Shown: positions 60,196-64,000 of the stretch, piece after piece
How positions within the stretch are numbered: the stretch's first letter is position 1
Layout: each line of letters opens with the position of its first letter
Position numbers and translations under genes: made by a program
NCBI GenBank assembly: GCA_039811685.1
Contig: JBDHZC010000001.1
Location: 640,001 to 704,000 of the forward strand
Direction: 5' to 3'
Source of the DNA: Armatimonadota bacterium
GTDB lineage: Bacteria > Armatimonadota > UBA5829 > DSUL01
DNA: 64,000 nucleotides
Notes under the pieces: model-generated
Seen by the model: only the letters and a program-made list of their open reading frames with translations
The model's database searches: none
Told to the model about the DNA's origin: nothing

Positions 60196-61287
60196 TTGGG
60201 TGCCTTAGCCGCAAACGAAAACGTGCGCAAGCTCATTCCCTATGTCGCTGGAAAGCCCGTTGAGGAAGTCGAGCGCGAACTGGGGATTACGAACATTGTC
60301 AAACTGGCGTCCAATGAGAGCCCGCTGGGGCCTTCCCCGCGAGCGCTGGAAGCCGCTCGTCGGGCGCTGGAAAACGTCCGGATGTACCCGGAAGGGTCCT
60401 GCCACGTACTTCGCGAAAAGCTGAGCGCGCATCTTGGCGTTCCGCAACAGGCTCTGATGTTCGGAAATGGGTCTGACGATCTCATCCACTGTCTTGGGCT
60501 GGTCTTTCTCCAGGCGGGCGATGAGGTTGTCACAGGGTCTCCGACTTTTGTTCGCTACGAAGCGGCGGCTACACTCGCAGGAGCAAGGTATGTGGAAGTG
60601 CCGTTGCGCAACTACACTTATGACCTGGAGGCCCTGGCGGATGCGTTCACGGACCGGACCAGACTGGTGTTTGTAGCCAATCCCAACAATCCAACCGGCA
60701 CATCCAACTCGGCGGCAGAGGTAGACCGGCTCCTGCAGCGCCTTCCGGAGCGCGCTCTGCTGGTGCTGGATGAGGCTTATTATGAGTACGTCGAGCGAAC
60801 GGATTACCCGGACGCTATCAAATCCGCGCTGGAAGGAAAGAGAGTCGTAGTACTCAGGACGTTCTCCAAAATCCACGCCCTGGCGGGTCTGCGAGTGGGC
60901 TACGGGATCGCGTCTGAGGAGATTGTCGGCTATGTCGATCAGGTTCGGGAGCCGTTCAACGTGAACAGCGTGGCTCAGTATGCCGCCGCAGCCAGTGTTG
61001 ACGATGTTGACCACCTGCAGCAGAGCAAAAGCGTAAATGCAGCCGGAAAGAAGCAGTTTTATGCGGCTTTTGACCAACTGAGACTGACCCATGCCCGGTC
61101 TGATGCGAATTTCGTGTACGTGGATCTCGGCCGGGACGCATCAGTAGTCGCGGAGGCGCTGCTGCGCAAAGGCGTCATAATCCGCTCGGGTCGTCTGATG
61201 GGCAATTCCACTTGCGCCCGCGTCACCATCGGGACAGCGCAGGAAAACGAACGATTCATTCAAGCTCTCTCAGAGGTGCTGAGTTGA
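60196..61287 (+). CDS. hisC: Histidinol-phosphate / aromatic aminotransferase
   Basis: KLASNE, NPNNPTG, DEAY, RTFSK..LAGLRVG. GGAGG RBS. Confidence 0.94.
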   Translation: MGALAANENVRKLIPYVAGKPVEEVERELGITNIVKLASNESPLGPSPRALEAARRALENVRMYPEGSCHVLREKLSAHLGVPQQALMFGNGSDDLIHCLGLVFLQAGDEVVTGSPTFVRYEAAATLAGARYVEVPLRNYTYDLEALADAFTDRTRLVFVANPNNPTGTSNSAAEVDRLLQRLPERALLVLDEAYYEYVERTDYPDAIKSALEGKRVVVLRTFSKIHALAGLRVGYGIASEEIVGYVDQVREPFNVNSVAQYAAAASVDDVDHLQQSKSVNAAGKKQFYAAFDQLRLTHARSDANFVYVDLGRDASVVAEALLRKGVIIRSGRLMGNSTCARVTIGTAQENERFIQALSEVLS

Positions 61288-61342
61288 GTGAGCGCAATGT
61301 GCCACCGCGACGGCTGGCACCCAGAGGCTTTCAGCTAGAGCA

Positions 61343-62209
61343 GTGAGTATCAGAACACTTGGAATAGCTGGAGTCGGTCTGATTGGAGGATCAATCGGGC
61401 TGGCTGCCAAAGCACGGGGTCTGGCACAGCGGGTCATTGGCGTTGGCCGGTCCTCGGACCGGTTGAAGGCAGCCAGAGAGGCGGGAGCGATCGATGAGGC
61501 ATCCCTCAACCTGGTTGACGCAGCCCGCAGATGCGACGTGCTCTATCTTGCGACGCCGGTGCAGACAATTATCCAGCAAATCAGAGAGCTTTCGAATGTA
61601 ACAGACTGTAATCTGACTCTAACCGACGGCGGGAGCGCAAAAGCAGCCATCGTGGAGGCGGCAGAGAGCTTACCAGCAAATATCCATTTTGTCGGTGGTC
61701 ATCCGATGGCAGGCTCTGAACAGCGCGGTGTCGAAGCGGCTTCCGCAGATTTATACGATGGAGCCACTTACGTCCTGACTCCGACGCAGTCAACGAATGC
61801 AGCCGCATTGACAACAGTCAGAAATCTCGCGCAGGGACTTGGCGCTGAGGTCCTGGAGATGAGTGCTGAAGCGCACGATGAGACTGTTGCGACAACGAGC
61901 CACATGCCCCATGTGCTGGCTGCCGCTTTGCTGAGGGTTGCAGGTGAAGGCGGGGAGAGTGCGCGCGCTCTGACCGCGGGCAGTTTCCGGGACCTCACAA
62001 GAGTTGCTGATAGTCCTCCGGAGTTGTGGAGCGACATCTGCGCAGTGAACCGCCAGGCGCTTCTTGCAAGTTTGTCTCACTTTCAGAAGGAACTGGATCG
62101 TGTCAGCGGAATGCTACAGGACGGCAATGAGAACACGCTGGAAGAGTGGTTCCAAGAAGCGAGAGACATCTATCGAACATTTCCGGTCCGTAAGGAGCGA
62201 TCCATATGA
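61343..62209 (+). CDS. tyrA: Prephenate/arogenate dehydrogenase
   Basis: GVGLIGGS, GGHPMAGSE, SHMPH, FRDLTRVA. Confidence 0.93.
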   Translation: MSIRTLGIAGVGLIGGSIGLAAKARGLAQRVIGVGRSSDRLKAAREAGAIDEASLNLVDAARRCDVLYLATPVQTIIQQIRELSNVTDCNLTLTDGGSAKAAIVEAAESLPANIHFVGGHPMAGSEQRGVEAASADLYDGATYVLTPTQSTNAAALTTVRNLAQGLGAEVLEMSAEAHDETVATTSHMPHVLAAALLRVAGEGGESARALTAGSFRDLTRVADSPPELWSDICAVNRQALLASLSHFQKELDRVSGMLQDGNENTLEEWFQEARDIYRTFPVRKERSI

Positions 62210-63492
62210 GTGACTGGACCATTCGTGGAAAGCAGGCGTTCTCCGGCGATATTCAGGTTCCAGGAGACAAATCCATCTCCCACCGCGCCGTCATGATTGG
62301 CTCACTGGCGGCAGGCGAAACGCACATTACCAATTTTCTGCCCTCTGAGGACTGCAAACGAACTGTCGCTGTGTTCCGCTCGCTGGGTGTAGATATTGCA
62401 GAGCGGTCCGCCACGGATATCAGTGTGCGCGGCGGCAGCTTGAGTGAACCTGACGACGTGCTGGATATGGGCAACTCCGGCACTGGCTTGCGCCTGCTTG
62501 CGGGAGTCCTTGCCGGCCAGCCGTTTCTGGCTGTCGTCACCGGAGACAAGAGTATCCGGCAACGGCCAATGAAGCGCGTCTGCGAGCCTTTGAGAAAAAT
62601 GGGGGCTACGATCTTTGCGCGCAGCGGCGACCTAGCGCCGCTGGCTGTCCGCGGTGGCTATCTGAAAGGCATTGATCTGGAAAGTCCCATCGCGAGCGCG
62701 CAGGTGAAATCCAGCGTACTGCTGGCCGGCCTGTTTGCAGACGGGCAAACGACCGTGACTGAGCCCAGCCCGTCACGTGACCATACAGAGCGCATGCTGC
62801 GGGCGTTCGGAGCCGATCTCAAACGCGAAGAGCGCAGTGTGACGCTACAGCCGGGCAGCCAACTTAGAGGACGCACTGTAGAAGTGCCGGGAGATATTTC
62901 ATCCGCCGCGTTTTTCATTGTTGGCGCGCTGATCACTCCCGGGTCTGCACTGCGCATCCACAATGTCGGTGTGAATCCGACGCGCACCGGGCTCCTTGAT
63001 GCGCTCAGCGCTATGGGAGCCGAGTTGTCCCTTGAGGATCAACGGGAGGCAAGCGGGGAGCCCGTTGCGACGATAGTCGTGCGGCACTCCGAGCTGAAAG
63101 GCACGCGTTTTGGCGGAGCGATCATTCCGCGGATGATTGACGAGATCCCAGCGCTGGCGCTGGCCGCAGCTTTTGCAGAGGACGACACGGTTATCGAAGA
63201 TATTGGGGAGTTGCGCGTAAAGGAATCTGACAGAATAAGCACAGTCACCTCCGCTCTGCGAGAGATGGGCGCCCGAATACACCCCCAGGTTGAAGGCCTG
63301 ATTATTGAAGGCGGCGGGCCTCTGACGCCCGCGACGGTGGATTCGCATGGCGACCACCGCATTGCTATGATGTCGGCCATCGCGGCAACTACGACTGAGG
63401 GTGAGACGATTGTGCGTGACACGGACTGCGTAAACACGTCATTTCCAGGTTTTCTCGATCTGCTTCACAGGGCGACGGGGATGGGCTCCTGA
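62206..63492 (+). CDS. aroA: 3-phosphoshikimate 1-carboxyvinyltransferase (class II EPSPS)
   Basis: PGDKSISHR, GNSGT, SAQVKS, RDHTERM, ELRVKESDR, DHRIAM. Confidence 0.97.
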   Translation: MSDWTIRGKQAFSGDIQVPGDKSISHRAVMIGSLAAGETHITNFLPSEDCKRTVAVFRSLGVDIAERSATDISVRGGSLSEPDDVLDMGNSGTGLRLLAGVLAGQPFLAVVTGDKSIRQRPMKRVCEPLRKMGATIFARSGDLAPLAVRGGYLKGIDLESPIASAQVKSSVLLAGLFADGQTTVTEPSPSRDHTERMLRAFGADLKREERSVTLQPGSQLRGRTVEVPGDISSAAFFIVGALITPGSALRIHNVGVNPTRTGLLDALSAMGAELSLEDQREASGEPVATIVVRHSELKGTRFGGAIIPRMIDEIPALALAAAFAEDDTVIEDIGELRVKESDRISTVTSALREMGARIHPQVEGLIIEGGGPLTPATVDSHGDHRIAMMSAIAATTTEGETIVRDTDCVNTSFPGFLDLLHRATGMGS

Positions 63493-63493
63493 T

Positions 63494-64000
63494 ATGACCG
63501 GTTTCGATGTGATTACTGTTGACGGCCCGGCTGCGGCAGGAAAGAGTACAGTCGCATCGCTTCTGGCGAGCAGATTGGGTTGGCGGCATCTGGACACCGG
63601 AGCGACTTACCGAGCAGTCGCGGCGGCAGCATTAAAAAAGGGCATCCAAAGCGATGACACCCAGGGGCTGTCTCAGCTTGTAGCGAGCTTGCGCCTCGAT
63701 ATTCTGGATGAGCAAACTGGCAGCCGAATACTTGCTGACGGCGAAGACGTTACAGACCTCATTCGCACGCCCGAAGTGTCGCGAGCGTCCTCACCCGTAT
63801 CGGCCGTTCCAGCGGTGCGGGAGCGTCTTGTGGCATTGCAGCGTGAATTGGCGAGAAATCGCAACACCGTGGCTGAAGGCCGTGACCTGGGAACAGTCGT
63901 CTTTCCGGATGCCGTTGTCAAAATATACCTCACGGCGGGAGCCGAGGAGCGCGCACGACGAAGATACAAAGACTTTCAGGCGCAGAACAAGGACATCTCG
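63494..64000 (+). CDS. cmk: Cytidylate kinase (truncated by the window end)
   Basis: ITVDGPAAAGKST, LDTGATYRA, EGRDLGTVVFPDA. Not in the ORF track because there is no stop in the window. Confidence 0.95.
   Translation, partial: MTGFDVITVDGPAAAGKSTVASLLASRLGWRHLDTGATYRAVAAAALKKGIQSDDTQGLSQLVASLRLDILDEQTGSRILADGEDVTDLIRTPEVSRASSPVSAVPAVRERLVALQRELARNRNTVAEGRDLGTVVFPDAVVKIYLTAGAEERARRRYKDFQAQNKDIS

Noticed and set aside
1..64000. CRISPR arrays, tRNA/rRNA, transposases, integrases, prophage
   Set aside because: None recognised by eye. The phage-like segments are domains inside a host hydrolase, not a prophage.

Overview
Bacterial chromosomal window, probably Armatimonadota. This is inferred from a prepilin-type/H-X9-DG protein and a large secreted protein with the C-terminal LNNIGLLIxxWGRVT-type module; it is not database-checked. 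Almost all genes from 1 to 60 kb are on the minus strand. In order: partial glyA; a prepilin-type protein; a lone cytochrome b; a 1087-aa multidomain clan GH-A hydrolase; an ~18 kb Wzx/Wzy exopolysaccharide locus (7 glycosyltransferases, Wzy/O-antigen ligase, flippase, Wzc, Wza, EpsI, exosortase, priming phosphoglycosyltransferase); GNAT; secDF-recJ-rel-dtd-TPR; ilvB-ilvN-ilvC-leuA-cimA with attenuator-type leaders; a polysaccharide deacetylase and an epimerase; a 1290-aa beta-helix protein; a second glycan cluster (HddA-like kinase, GT4, GT2, acyltransferase, GT4); a GH51-like hydrolase; mscL, czcD, DAHP synthase; and hisC-tyrA-aroA-cmk (partial). No rRNA, tRNA, CRISPR array or mobile element was recognised. 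Most notable: (1) the priming glycosyltransferase next to the exosortase carries a signal peptide and an internal PEP-CTERM sorting motif at its N-terminus; (2) three secreted proteins flanking the glycan clusters are built by nested domain insertion, including a circularly permuted PHP metallohydrolase inside a beta-helix protein and phage-tail-like modules inside a GH barrel; (3) a hidden Cys-rich uORF behind a consensus promoter upstream of secDF; (4) several switch-like structured leaders. All family assignments were made by eye from motifs. Where start coordinates differ from the ORF track, they were moved to the best RBS or overlap.
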